Shown: positions 28,538 to 43,619 of the stretch, piece after piece | Numbering within the stretch: position 1 is the first letter of the stretch | Layout of the letters: every line of letters starts with the position of its first letter | Assembly (NCBI RefSeq): GCF_009914755.1 | Contig: NC_060932.1 | DNA from: the human T2T-CHM13v2.0 reference genome, Homo sapiens | Reading direction: 5' to 3' (one strand) | DNA length: 64,000 nucleotides | Position numbers and translations under genes: made by a program | Notes under the pieces: generated by a model | Databases searched by the model: none | The model's input: the letters and a program-made list of their open reading frames with translations, nothing else | What the model was told of the DNA's origin: nothing

Positions 28538-28715
28538 CAGCGGGGCTCTCAACCTTGGCATCATAGACATCTGACTGGATGAGCCTTTGCTATGGGGCTG
28601 AGCTGTGCACTGTAGGATGCTCGGCTGCATCCCTAGATGCCAGCAGCACCCTCCAGGGGTGACAACCAAAAATGTCTTCAGATATTGCCAAAAGCCTCCT
28701 GCTTGGGAACCACTG
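28538..28715. mobile_element. MER20-like hAT-Charlie DNA transposon
   Basis: cag...tctcaaccttggc...gtgacaaccaaaaatgtcttcagatattgccaaa...gaaccactg. Confidence 0.8.
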
Positions 28716-29429
28716 GGCTAGAAAAGGTATTCAACTTGTTTTAATTTTAGCTGGGACAAACTTCTTTCTAAGGAATCTCATGCAGACACACATGACATGA
28801 ATAAACACGGTGCAGCTGTGGGAAGTTGGGGGCTAGACCAGCTCCTCACCCCACTTTCTACTCCACACACATCCTGGAGAAGGCTGGGGCAGGGAATTTT
28901 GAAACAGGTAACTCCAGCACCTCTAAGCTCCCGCCCAGCTCCAACACCACTTGGTGCCAATCAAAGGATCCTGCCTGAGATCTCCCCGCCCCACTCCCAG
29001 CTCTCCGTCAGTGTCTGTGTGGCACTGAGCAAGGCTGCGCCTCTCTCTGGGCTGTTTCCATCTATACAGTGCGGGTGCTGGGTATTCAATGAACAAATGA
29101 AGAGATGAAACTCTACTATGTAAAGTTTATAAAACACTATGTGCCAAAGTATATTTCTACATACATCATCTGATTTACTCATCATAATCCTATGAGATAT
29201 GTATTATTTTCTCAAAGCATATCAGATATATTTCTAGATTTTATCTACAAACATGCAGGCATATACATGCTTTTAAAATTTCTATGAAGTGCCTTCCATG
29301 GCCTCAACATTCTGTCTGACATAAGTCAGTGTGATATTGAAAAGAAAGACTGACAGACAAATGTCTCTGGCCATGGCATGATACAGACATGAGTCCATCT
29401 CAGCTGTAGACCTTCCTGGCTGTGAGACC

Positions 29430-29819
29430 TTTTCTTTGAGACATGGTCTTGTTCTTTCACTCGAACTGGAGTACAGTGACATGAACATGGCTCATGCAGC
29501 CTTGACCTCCTCGGCTCAAGCAATCCTCCCACCTCAGCCTCCTGTGTAGCTCGGACTACATGCACACATCACCACATCTGGCGAATTTTTGTATTTTTTG
29601 TACAGACAGGGTTTCACAATGTTGCCCAGGCAGGCCTCAAACTCCTGAGCTCAGGCAATCCACCTCCTTGGCCTCCCAAAGTGCTGGAATTACAGGAGTA
29701 ATTCCAAGTCTAGGCATGGGGGATATGGTGGTGGCAGGCACCTATAATCCCAGCTACTTGGGAGGCTGAGGCAGGAGAATCGCTTGAACCAGGGAGGTGA
29801 AGGTTGCAGGTGCCCAGCC
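29430..29819 (-). mobile_element. AluJ-like element interrupted by an oppositely oriented AluS fragment
   Basis: 17-bp TSD cctggctgtgagacctt at 29415-29431 and 29819-29835; plus-strand Alu right-arm piece at about 29728-29809. Confidence 0.9.
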
Positions 29820-30458
29820 CTGGCTGTGAGACCTTAAACACACCCTGGAAGTCTCAGAGTCCCACTGGCCTCAGGTGTGAAGTGTGGATATTGTTACCAG
29901 CAGCAGGATGGCTGCAAGGTGAGGCAAGGTTTGGTAAATGAAAGTGTGCACACTCTGCTGTGGGAACAGAATTGGGCTTCCTGGTACTGTCCGTTCTCCC
30001 AGTGACCCAGGCCCACGATGACAGACGGATCAATGGAAGCACCCCACCAGCGCACCTGTGGCCTGGGAAAGAACACCTTTGCCAGCTGCTGTGTGCACCA
30101 TAAGCCTCTGGGGATGGCCACACAGATTTGCTCTGCTGCCCTTACCTGACAATTCAACAGCAGAGACAAAGGGACTGTGCAAAGACACAACACTGACTTA
30201 CTTGTAAGTTGCTTGCAGTTCTCAGGCTTGGGACCAGGAGGGTCTAATCCTGGGCCCTGAGGGGTAGTAACTTCATGTGGGTGGGGACTGGCAGAGGGGA
30301 TGTCTCCAGCAAGGAAGCCTAGCAAGCAGTCATTCATGGAAAGGGCAGGCTGAACACCACCCCTCTGACCCTCGCTTAGAGGAGGGTGGGTACTTTGGGG
30401 CAAATTCCTTACTCTCTGAATCTCAGTTTAATTTTCTATAAAATGGGGACAATCACGG

Positions 30459-30889
30459 TGTATTAGGGTTTTCTAGAGGGACAGAACAAATATATATATA
30501 TTTTTTTCAAAGGGGGAGTTTATTAACTAACAACAAGATCACAAGGTCCCACAATAGGCCATCTGCAGGCTGAGAAGCAAGGAGAGCCAGTCCAGGTTCC
30601 AAAACTGAGGAACCTGGAGTTCAGTGTTCCAGGGCAGGGAGCATCCAGCATGGGAGAAAGATGGAGGCTAAGAGGCTGGGCCAGTCTCTCCTTCCACATT
30701 TTTCTGCCTGCTTATATTCTAGCTGTGCTGGCAGCTGATTAGATGGTGCCCACCTAGATTAAGGGTGGGTCTGCCTTTCCCAGCCCACTGACTCAAAAGT
30801 TAATCTCCTTTGGCAACACCCTCAGACACACCCAGGATCAATACTTTGTATCCTTCAGTCCAATCAAGTTGAGGGTATTAACCATCACA
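30459..30889 (-). mobile_element. MLT2A (HERV-L) solo LTR
   Basis: Minus strand begins tgtgatggttaatac...tcaacttgattggactgaaggatacaaagtattg and ends ...ccctaataca; 5-bp TSD cacgg at 30454-30458 and 30890-30894. Confidence 0.9.
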
Positions 30890-33824
30890 CACGGCCACTG
30901 TGAAAAGTTGTTTTAAGTATTAAAATCCTCCCAGGTGCTTCCCAGAGCATTTCCAAAGGAAATGGGGATTCTTTGATCAAACAACTATGTGGAAAAAAGT
31001 GCAGAGTTAAACCAAGTGAAGCAAGTTCCTTTACAGTGGGTTTTCTTGAAGGCTTACTCATGCCCTTGTTGATGATTCTCCATGAGGCCCTGGCCTACCA
31101 GACCCTTTTCAAGGGCATGGAAGGACCTGCTGTGGCTCAGAGCCCAGAGCCCAGAGCCCATGCAGGGAGAGGGACTGCTGCTTCTCAGAGCCTCATCTAG
31201 GGTAAAACTGGGTCCAAGACAAAATGAACAAGGGCTGTTCATTCTTAAACTTGTGATGGAGACCAGGCTGCCATTGCTTTCATTTCAGCAGAGGGTTCGA
31301 AGATGTTAGTTGGAGAATCAACCTTATTTCTAGGGTTAAAAGAGGAAACACTGAGACAGTCTCAGACTGGCAAGTGTTGTATTTAGGGGTGATTTTTGGA
31401 AGGCGGGAGACATGCTCATTCCAGGATACCTGTCCATCCTTGGCTGGATACAAAGGGGCAGACAAGTGGTTTGGGAATATTTCATGAGAGAAAGGATTGT
31501 TCAATGGGAAGGATAGGGGATTTCTGTCATCAGTTGTTTCTTGGGAAAAGTGGGGGCCACTGGTTTACTTTTGTGGGTTAAACTATCACAAGCATCTTCC
31601 TTGGAGCATGCTGTCACGGCAGGTGCTTTCTCAGCCTCCAGTTACACATCAGCAAAATGAGGAGCCACCTCCCCTCCCCTTGAGCCACTTCCCCATTTGG
31701 CAGTTCTGGAATTTAAATTTTAAAATCTGAGATTGAAAGAGGTAACCAGTACAGGAGGAGGTGATTTCTACCCGATTAAACACACATGCATGTTTAATAA
31801 TGGCAGAACCAACAGTCAGAGTAGAGTAATATTAATCATAGTGTATTAATGTGATAGTACAGATGTTGCTGAGGATAGTTTATCTATTATTACAAGGCGC
31901 CAGGCACTGAGCACTTTACATCCATCACTGCATTCAACGCCTCCCCACAACAGTTCTATGAAAGAGACAGAATCATCATCTCCATTTCAGTGTTTATGAA
32001 ACAAAGTCACAGACAGCTGATTAGCTCTAATCTAATCAGCTGATTAGATTAGATTTAATCTGCCCAAAGTTACAGTGCTTATAGAAGAGCCAGACTCCAG
32101 GCCCTAGAGTGTGCTTCCGAACATCTTCACAACACTTAATAGTGTCCGAACTCACATCAGTTCCCTGGTTGTGGGGCAGCCCTATAAGCTAAGCGTTGCT
32201 ATCCTCACCCTACCTTCGGGCACACTGGGGCACAGGGCAGGTGCATGACTTTCTCATGGCTACCAGGGAGTCTACATGGCAGAGTGAGGCAGGTTGGGGT
32301 AGTTCACACTTTAGCATCCAGCCTTAGCTCTCCCTCTCCAGGGATTCTGCCCTTCCTCTTCAGCCTCCACCAGCCCTGCTCCCCTGGGGATACTGAAAGG
32401 AACACTCATTTGACTGCCTCAGAGGCGGAGAAGCTCTGCGTGGAGCCAGGAGACGGTGGTGAGCAATAAAGTGGGCTCAGCTCCCAACACAGCCTGTGTC
32501 TCCAAGGTCCATGCTCCAACCCCTACCTGCCTCTTGCACTAACCTGGGCAAATGATGATGTCCATTTCCAGGGACACCAGTCCATGAGACACATCCCTAC
32601 AACCCTAGGAATCAATGATAGATTTTCCTATAGCAGGCAGCATCACAAAAGGATGAGGACTTCCTCTGAGGGCATGCGCTAGATAGTGCCTCCCTCCAGA
32701 ATCAGGCCGCTGGGGGTGACTCGCCTGAGATGTTGGTCACCCACTTACGATGGCACGCCCTCGAATGACCAGTCTGTCTTCTGGCTCTGGTGGGTTGGGC
32801 AACCCTGCAGCTGAACGCAGAGGCAGGGATGTCTTGATGGGATGGGCTCCTTTCTCAGGAATAAAGGAGGGGGCAGCAGGACACCTTGGCCTCTCCTCCC
32901 AGCTGCCAGTTTTCTAGCGTTGTTGGTTCTTTCAAATAGATGCCCAGTAGATGTCTGTGTGAATTTCTCTCGTCCACAAGATGGGAGCTCTGTGAGATGT
33001 GGAGCAGGACTTAAGCACCTCTGCATTCCCAGTGTCTGGCTTGACATAGTGTCCACACTGCCCTGTGTGCTTCAATTCTTTCTAGAGCCCTGTGGGCTTG
33101 TAAGGGAATGGAAGACTCCTACTTTAAAATTAGTCTTGTGTAAGCCCCAGAGACAAGGTGAACAGCGGGTGTGGTAGAGAGGTAATGGTCCTTAGAGCCA
33201 ACGAGCCACAGCTTCACACTGTCCACCTCCCACTCTCCCTGCCTCCCCATCACTAAGTACTGATGACTTTGGACAAATTGTCGAAGTGCTCTGAGTCTTG
33301 GTCTTCATTTGTAAATAGGGATCGTCAACCTAACTTCAGAATTGGTCTTCCCAAGGACATGGAAAACTAGGCGTGTTGGTTTTAGATGGCTGAGGTAGTA
33401 GAAGAAAGTCCCTTCAGCTTTGTTCAGGGATGTGGCCACCCTTACTGTGTATTCTAAGAAGAGAACTAGAGGTCTCTGTAGAAGTGAATATGTTCTGAGT
33501 CAGAGACGGTAACATCTCTTTTTGAATCTTTTTTTACATGGTTAAGATAACCAAGTCAGCACTGCAAATACATAGATTTTAAGAAACATCCACCTGCAAG
33601 TCATCCTGAGATCCAAGCATTTTACTAGAATGATTCCTGCCCTATGAAAACTTTGCCCCAAGAGAAAGTCAACCTAACTCAAATATTTCATTAGTATTAA
33701 TATTAGTATCACTGATTCTTAACATTATAAAACATCTTCACCATTCCCTTGTGATAGACCTTCCAAAATTCCCCAGCTGGACTCATCATCAGCTGCCCAT
33801 AGCATCTTTGAAATGAGAAAGTTA

Positions 33825-34181
<357 letters not shown>

Positions 34182-35295
34182 TCATTTAACTTCTATGAGC
34201 CTCTCATCCTTTCTAAAGTAGAGGTTTACAGGCTTTCAGATGAGAATTAAATGTGAACATAATTTGCAGACTATGAAGTATTATTGAAATGTGAGCTCTT
34301 CCATTGTATCTCTTGATAACTAAGAACACTCATCCAAGTGCATGGGATGGGTCAGGGAGAAGAGTGGGGAAAAGACTAGAGGTTGCCCCCAGATTGATAA
34401 CGTCAGGCATAGAAAGATCTTTAAAAGAATATGTAAAGCTAAGGATCCACAATAAAGCACAGAAGAAAAAAAAGGAAAAGAAAGGAAAGGGCAGGAAGTA
34501 AGCAAAGAAGAGAGAGAAAGAGAAGGGAAAAAAAGCCTAGGCTGGGAGGAGAGGGTCTGATCTGCATGCAGCCTCTGTCTCATGTTAACAGAGCAGAACA
34601 GACTCATTCCCCTCCTGTGTCTCAGCTCCTTCACCTGGAAGGGAGATGACACAAGGAGGAGGAGTACCTCTGGCTCAAGATGGCTGGTAAGAGGCCTTGA
34701 GAAAATACTTGGGAAATGCTTCGTATACAGAGAAATTCAAAACAAGCATCAGATACTATTATTTTGGGTAAATTACCCAAGCCTCTATTTTCCACCTATA
34801 AAAAGAAAATCAACACTCAGGATATAAGAGAATGACAATGGATGAGATTCACTGCAGAAGACAACCAAGGCTCAGAGAAGAGGGGCTTCCCTGTGTTCAC
34901 AACAGCTGCTGTGACTCAAAATCAGGGCTTGGCTCCAAGTCCAGGCTCTGACCTGTCTTCCACCCCTGCCTCTCCCTCCACCACATACAAACTCACTTCC
35001 TCCATGATCTCATTTGGAGGCATATGGGGAGGGGGGCAACCATCTAGCAGGAAATTATCCATCTCCTCTCACCCACTTGTCAGCATCCAGAGCCCCAGGG
35101 ATCATCCTTTTACCTCATCAAGTAAGACACAGAGAAAGGAGAGAGCAAATATTTCTGCTGCTCTTTTGGCTAATTAAATATCAGGCCCTATTTCTAAATG
35201 TTAACAAAAAGATCGTTGCATTGCTAGAGGTGCTGTTACTAATATTCTTCATCCATTTGGTAGGCCCTTTAGTGGGGTCTTAGGAATATGCTGGG

Positions 35296-35481
35296 CAGTG
35301 GTTCTGAAAGCATGGTCACAGGCCAGCTGCATCAACCTCACCTGGGGTTGCGTTAGAAGGGCAACTTCTCAGGCCCCACCCCAGACATACTAAATCAGAC
35401 ATTCTGGGAGTGGGGTCCAGCCTGTTGGCTTAACAAGTCCTCCAGGTGATTTGGAAGTTGTCTCAAGTTTGACAATCATTT
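35296..35481. mobile_element. MER5A-like DNA transposon (similar remnants near 25270-25400 and 28290-28450)
   Basis: cagtggttct...catcaacctcacctggg...ctcaggccccaccccagacatactaaatcag...aacaagtcctccaggtgatt. Confidence 0.8.
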
Positions 35482-37279
35482 GCCAGCATGACAAATGCAG
35501 GCTGTGAAGTCTGAAAACATGAACTCAAATCCTGGCTCATCCCCATGAGGAGGTAAAGTCACCTGTGCTTGGTCCCAGGTGAATTTTCATTTTATAGTGA
35601 ATAGCCTGTAAAACAAGGACAGCAATATTTACCATGAAAGTTAAACTAAATAGCACATGCATGAATCCTAGCAGATAGCAAGTTCTTGTAAATACGAGGT
35701 ACTATCATGATTCTTTGATGATCTATGAATTATTTTAGGTGAATTTGAAGAAAGGGAAGGTTCTTTATGTTGGCCTCCTGGAACATGCTTTCTAATAACA
35801 CTCTCTAGGCTTCCTGAGGTTTTAGGAGTTACAGAAGTCCTCCTCAGTGGGGAGGCTGAAGAGCTCTGACATTTTGCTGCTGGTCGCCTCTGGGAATAAG
35901 ACCTCATTAATGCTGAGGGCGCAGAAGACGTCATTTGGTTTATAAAAAAATGGAACACTATGCTGGTGCAATGGTAATTATGTTTAACGTTTATGAGCAC
36001 TTTTTACAAACATAAGTCATCTATTTTCATTAGCTCATTTAATCCTTGCAGAAACCCTCCGAGGCAAGTATTATTATAGTTGTTAATTTATGCATGAGGA
36101 AAGCAAAGGTTACAGGGCTAAGTAACTGACCCACTGTTACACAGCTGCTAAGTGACCCAGCCAAGTTCTAGATCCAGCCAGTCTGTGACCGGGGTCTGCA
36201 CCCTGAGCTTCCCCTGCCCTCCCAGTTCAGGAGTCCAGCATTTACCCTTCCCATAAGCGCTCTCACCCTCTTGTATGAAGCCCTTGGTTTTGTGACTGGT
36301 CCATTAGACTTGGCAAGCACCTGAGTGTCAGACGGAGCTAGAGGAGAAATGCAGATTCCTATCCCAGCTCTGCCTGAGGCCCTGCAGTGCTGTGAACTTC
36401 AGAACTTCCCCAATGTGTCCTTCAGCACCATGGACAGGGCCTGCAGCACCTCTATTTATTCTAACTCTGGGCATTTTGCCCCTAACCTACAAGGCTATTT
36501 GAGGGCACATAAGCAGCTAAACTAATTTCCCCTTAAACCCTTTAATTATCGTAAAAATAGAAGGCACTCAACCACAGTTATCCAACTCGATAACCATGAA
36601 TAATGCACATTAATGCACAGGCTAAGAATAGGAGATGGGGGTGCTGATTAAGCCAGCCATGAACAAAGAGAAAAGGACCCAGAGCTAGAGGCAAATGGCG
36701 TCAATATATCTATATCTTAGAAGTTTCACAAATATAAAGACAAATGTATAATTTATATTTTCTGGTTCAGAGGCTCTATAATGCAGTCTTTATATAAAGT
36801 AAGCTGATTCCTATAAGGTTTTTGAGGGTCAATAATTCCCAGAAATCAGCATCACATTGAAGGAGGGGCAGGGAACTGACATTGACCAATGCCGTGGTGA
36901 AAAATGGGGGATCCCCACTCTTGTGTCTTGTGTCAGGTGGATGCAGGCTTGGCCCCACTTACTAACCAGCTCTGTCACCTTGGCCATGGCCTGCCCTTCT
37001 TAAAGGAAGTCTCAGAGGCTGAAGCTCATAAACTGAATAGCCTGGAACATTAAGAGGTCAATAAAAGACTGATGTCATGATTCTTCCCAGTACATGGCAC
37101 TTCCTTTTCAAAGTCACTATACCATTCCAGATAAAATCACCAGTGCTGGCCAATAAGTTCTGCATGGCTGCTATTGCTAAAACATGCTCATCTTATGCCT
37201 TCAGGGAGAACTTAAAAAAATCAAAAGTGTGTGTGCCATCCCTCATTGTGCCAAATATCTCATAGTAGCAGAAACCCCT

Positions 37280-37624
37280 TGTCTTTTGGGGCTACCATAA
37301 ACTGGGTAGCTTGTAAACTACAGAAATTTATTTCTCACTGTTCCAGAGGCTGGAAAAGTCCAAGATCAAGGTGCCGTCAGATTTGGTGTCAGGTGAAGGC
37401 CTGCTTTTTGGTTCATAGATGGCTGTCTTTTCACGGTAACCTGACATGGTGAAAAGGACAAACGGGCTCTCTGGGATCTCTTTTATAAAGGCCAATCCAG
37501 TCATTCATAAAGGCTCCACCCTCATGACCCAATCACCTCCCAAGAGCCCCACCTCCCAATACCATCACCTTGGGGGTTAGGATTTCAACATATGAATTTG
37601 GGGAGCACCACTTTCAGACCATGG
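37280..37624 (-). mobile_element. MLT1A-like MaLR solo LTR
   Basis: cagaaatttatttctcactgttccagaggctgg...aagtccaagatcaaggtgcc...aataccatcaccttgggggttaggatttcaacatatgaatttgggg. Confidence 0.8.
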
Positions 37625-40600
37625 TTCCCCTGATATGCAGAAGTGTCTTGTGGTTTCCAGAGACCTTTCTTGGTCAACACTCTGGGAGAGAGGCTCCAGG
37701 AAGAAAATCCACATGTCGTGGAACTCCCTCTTCATTCCTCCTCCCGCTCTGCAGTCCAATTCTACCTCCAAGCAATCTTCTTATAACTTCAGTTAAAGCC
37801 TGCCTTTGAAAAACATTGAAGAAATAACCTGGTTCCGGTGAGAAGAACCCATTATTTAACACTGTGGACAGCACAAGGTGTGTCTGTCTTGTTGGGATAA
37901 GGGAAGACCTGGCTTCTCTGTGACTGCAGACCTGACTGTCACCCAAAGGGCCCCCACCCAATGAGAAGCACGACTGAGTAGGAACATACCTTCTTTCCAA
38001 TGGCTGTGCCCTATCAGTTATACAGTGGTCAGAGTGATTTTTTTTAAAACACCCTACGTCCCTACCCTCCTATTTACTCTTAAGAGTTAATCATTCTCCA
38101 AAGCTCGCACCCCCATTTGCTGTCCCTGCCTAGCCCCCCAGCACCATGCTGGGTCCTCAGCTAGTACTTGCTATGATTTCAAGCAAGCCAGAGCTCATTA
38201 TAAACTATTTTGTCCTCCTATATCCTTTTACAATGAAATCAATCCCATGAATGTGTGGGCATGTTTTTCTAAGCCTCAGTGCCCTTTTCCATGAAATGGG
38301 CATAACAATAATGATGTCTTTCACCTGCAATCTATGGGAGGGACAAATAGGACAATGCCCATAGAAATGCCTTGCTTGATGCTGGGCACCTTGATGGTGA
38401 CTGGATTAGAAGCACCCCTAAGATTTCAGCAGGCAAAGCAGGATGCTGGGCGTGCAAGGAGGAAGAATCAATAACAGGAAGGCAGAGATATCCTGAGCAT
38501 TACCACGGAAAGATAAACCTAGAATCAGCGGGAGACAAATACTGGGGAAGGGTCCTGTGGGTCCCATCATGTCCAGCAGGATGTGCACACCAAGCACACC
38601 GGACTCCATCTGCCAAGTAACACAGAACAGCGTAACTCCAGTGCCAACTTAAGGTCAATTGCAAACTTAAGAGCGCTTGCATTTTCAAACGGGACAGTGT
38701 ATGTAAACCAAATAAAGACATCTGGAGCAGAGGAATTCCAGGCACCTTGACCTTTCCTCCATTTGGTAATTAGCTTCTTATTTGTTTAGCAAACCACCCC
38801 ACAAACACCCTCCAATGCCGTGACTTCAGAACTCTCAGGTGGATTTCCTGCACACTTGGCATCCTCTTCAGGATGTGGAGCCAAGGCTCTGAGAAGGCTG
38901 CATCCCAGGAAGCTGGAAGAACCTGGACTACCTGTCTGGCTCAGAGACTCACCTTTCACCACATTCATCCCTGTCAGGTTTATGGTGCCAGTAAAATTGA
39001 AGAAAACCATAAAAGACAATGAACTGTGTTTCTGTGACCCAAAATTCTATCTACTGCTGAGTCAACGAGCCCAGTAAAATTTAGCTGAGTTTCTTATATT
39101 TGCTTGCTGATTTTTTTTTTCTGGTGCACCATACTGTGAAATCTGAGCAGAAAATCCATATGAAGTTTTATTTATTGCCATATGGATTTCTGTGAAAATG
39201 CTGAAGACATGACTTTTTGGTGGTGCTTGTTATTGTATTTTCCCCCTTTACCAAATGTTCAGTCCCTAGTTGCTGACCCAAGCATGGCTTTGTGGGACAT
39301 TTTGCCCCCATTTCATTCCTGGTGGGTGTCAGGGCCCCTGAATATTGTAAGATGTGGTCCAGGCTCCATCAGGTCCATCCTGTCCACTCCAGGAAAGTTG
39401 GGTCTCTTCAGGACCCAACACTGTCGCACCTCTAGGCCCTTGTCTAGGCAAATCCCTGCCTGAAAGGCCACCACCACCAATATCCCAACCCAACTCTACC
39501 TGCAATATTAATAATAGCTACTGTTCATAAAGAAAGCTAAGACCACTGGCAGGAAATGCATAGCCTCCCGGCTCTGAGACACTGGAGATCTGCCTCAGGT
39601 GAGCCTGCTCTCTACTCAGCAACCGATCTGTCTCAGGGTCACCTTCATCTTCTTTCAACTGGCTCCTTTCATGGTAGCAACATGGCTATGGGAATTTCAA
39701 GGCTCTCATGCTTACATCCTTGGGCCCAGGGAGAAAAGAGCATCTGTCCTTGTCCTTCTAAGTGAAAGTACTGAGTCCATTCTAATGGGACTAACCAGGA
39801 GAATGTGCCTGAACTGATCCTCATACTTGGAGAATGACTCAGACCTGATTCTTGCTCAGTCTTTCTGAAGTTGCTTCATTTACCAGGTCCCTGGCTGTCT
39901 CTTCCCGTGGATAAACTCACCAACCCCTCACATCAGCTAATGAGAGTGTGCTGTTGTTGTTCCTGTTATATTCAGTGTATGGGCCAAGGTCACTCCCCTT
40001 GTCTAAGCCTCAGTTTCCTTAGCTGCCAAAGAACAGTGATTCAATCAGCTCTGCAGCTTCCCGTCATTTTAGTAACAATCAGTGATTGTGTTTCCTGGGC
40101 ACATACTAACTGTGTGACCTTGTGCAGGTCACTTGACCTCAGTGCCGTGTTCTCCTCATCCTTGAAATGGGCACAGCATTGCCTTCCCTGAAATATTGTC
40201 TTAATGATGGGAGAGTAAGTATGAAATACCCTTAGCAGGATGCCTGGTACATGCAGAAGCCAATGCACATTGCCGCAGTGGTTAATTACAATTCCAAATA
40301 TATAAAAAGAAACAGCCAGAATAAGAGTATTACCATCCCTGGACTCATCGAGCTCTGGTCTACCCAATACCCTCAAACTCAATCCAACCTATGCGTCAAT
40401 TACTTTGGAGACAACGGTCAGCTAAGAAGCCAGTTTGTTAAGCCTAGTCTCAATGCATGAGTCACGAGTGGCCTTCTACCCTCTCTAGACGCTATCAATT
40501 CCCTCGGCCCACTCTGGTCTCCTCATTTCTGGAGGAGAAGTAGAGACTTCAAGTTACAGAAAAGAGCCCTAGGGGGCAAAGGCTGGGGGTGGGCTGATTC

Positions 40601-41305
40601 CCTAATCTCAGAGCTGCTGCCTGAAGAGGACTTTATGCATCATCTCATCCCACCTCCTCCATTGTACAGAGGAAGCAGAGTCCCAGAGAGGGAAGTGACT
40701 CACTCCAAATCACACAGCTAATATGTGGCGGAATCTAGACTCAGACTTTGCTAAAAATATCAACTGCAGGAAAATGTCAACCAAGGACACAGCCAGAAGT
40801 GCCAGCGTCCATTCAGCTGCCTGTCTCTCCTGCCAACATCGAAGATGTGAGGAGGTCTCCATGGCCACAACTATGCCCTCGCGGCATCAGACCCTTGAAT
40901 GTGATGCTGCAGGTAGGACTCCTGGCACCAGAAGGTGCCTTCAGGTGTGAGGAGAACAGGCATCCAAGGCTGCCCGCTGTGAGCTCACCCCAGAGCCAAT
41001 GAGGCAGAGATGTCCTGCAGCCCACAGGGAGGAAGGAGGCTTCCGGTCCCTGCCTGGTGACAGGAACACACGCGAAGGACACATTAGTTGAGAGGAAAGG
41101 CTGGTCCCAGAGGAACATGGGAAGGAGGTCACAGAGCTGCACGGTATTGCCTGGCAGGTACAACCCAGACCGAGTGTTCTGACCTCCGGACCCCGGAAGT
41201 CCCGGATCCTGATTTGGAGGAATCCCCGGGTGCCTTCTTCATACCCTGTGCTCGGCCTCTGCCCACTGGAACCGAGCATGCAAGCAACAATGAAAGTAGC
41301 TGCTA

Positions 41306-42304
<999 letters not shown>

Positions 42305-42729
42305 GTGTAAAACAAGAAAGTAGCTACTGAATTTGAGCATTTGGTTCCTGGTGCTGTGCTTTTAAGTCACAGAGAAGTCATGGAAAGCGGCAGGAGATTT
42401 TTAGGTCGGGAGATGGAGGCTCAAAACTGATGGCAGAGCCAGAGAGTGGCGGAATGGAGACATGAACTACATCTGCCTGGTCGTACCACTTAAGTTATGC
42501 TGTGTGTTGTGCTACACCCAAACTGCTTTTCATTCTTGTGAGGTAGTCAATTTACATGTGTGCCTATGCTTTTAATGGAGGAGCTCATTGTGAAATAAAG
42601 AATGACACAAAGAAATGTGAGGGAGAAAATAAACATCCTCATAACTTTTTCACCCACAGACAGCCAGTGGTTAATAATAGGTATTTGTCTCCATCATTAA
42701 TTTCTCTGTCTCTCCTCTCTCTCTTTCAG

Positions 42730-42761
<32 letters not shown>

Positions 42762-43588
42762 CTGGTGTCATATTGTATACACATTTTGCAAGATGCTTTA
42801 AAAATGAACAGAATATTGACTGCATTTTCTAGGTCATTAGTTCTTCTCCTAAATGTCATTTTGCATCATCAAATACTGTTGCATTATTGAGGTATACAAT
42901 AATGTATTTTGCCCACCACACAGCATTGTGTCATTTCTAGTCTCACTTATAAATTACACATGGATATGTACTTGTGCATATCCTTGATTTATCTCCTTAG
43001 AGGAGAGCTAGATGTGTAAGAGTGCCTACAGGGAGAGAATGAGCTGGCCACAGGAGAGCTGTTTCTACTGTAACTTAATGGAGTGTTACATGTGTTACAT
43101 AACCAGCCCTATGCAAGGGACTAATGTGACCCCCTCTGAGCGATGAATGACCTCTCAGGATCCAACAGCACTATGTTTTGAGTCCACGCGTGCCTGTACT
43201 CCAGTGAAAGTATCAACGGGCATTTGCACTGTAAAGTCTTGTGGCTGCCTCTCCAAGAAAACGATAATTTTTTGTTTCTTTTTTCTTTCATTTTTTAAAT
43301 AGCTCGTATGAGTAGAAAATGGCATTTTTAGTGGCTCTCTGCTTTCTATTTATCCTTATAGGCTAACATCTTAAGAGTAATTTCTTCTTTAGGAGGAATC
43401 CCATATTTCCCAGGATTGGTCAAGCCTGTGCATATTTTACTGCAGGTAAAAGAAGGTGCAACATGCATAGCTGGGGAGAACATCTTTATTTTTCCCACAA
43501 ATTCTTCTGATGTCCTTTATTTTACCTCCAATCTTATTGGGGTTTCCTTGTAAATGATGAGTAATTTTTTTCTCTTGCTTGCTACTTT

Positions 43589-43619
<31 letters not shown>

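Noticed and set aside
30135-30175. CAG|GTAAG recursive-splice-like motif on the gene strand (also at about 9381-9400)
   Set aside because: Polypyrimidine tracts are weak and a few such motifs are expected by chance in 64 kb; no support without RNA data.
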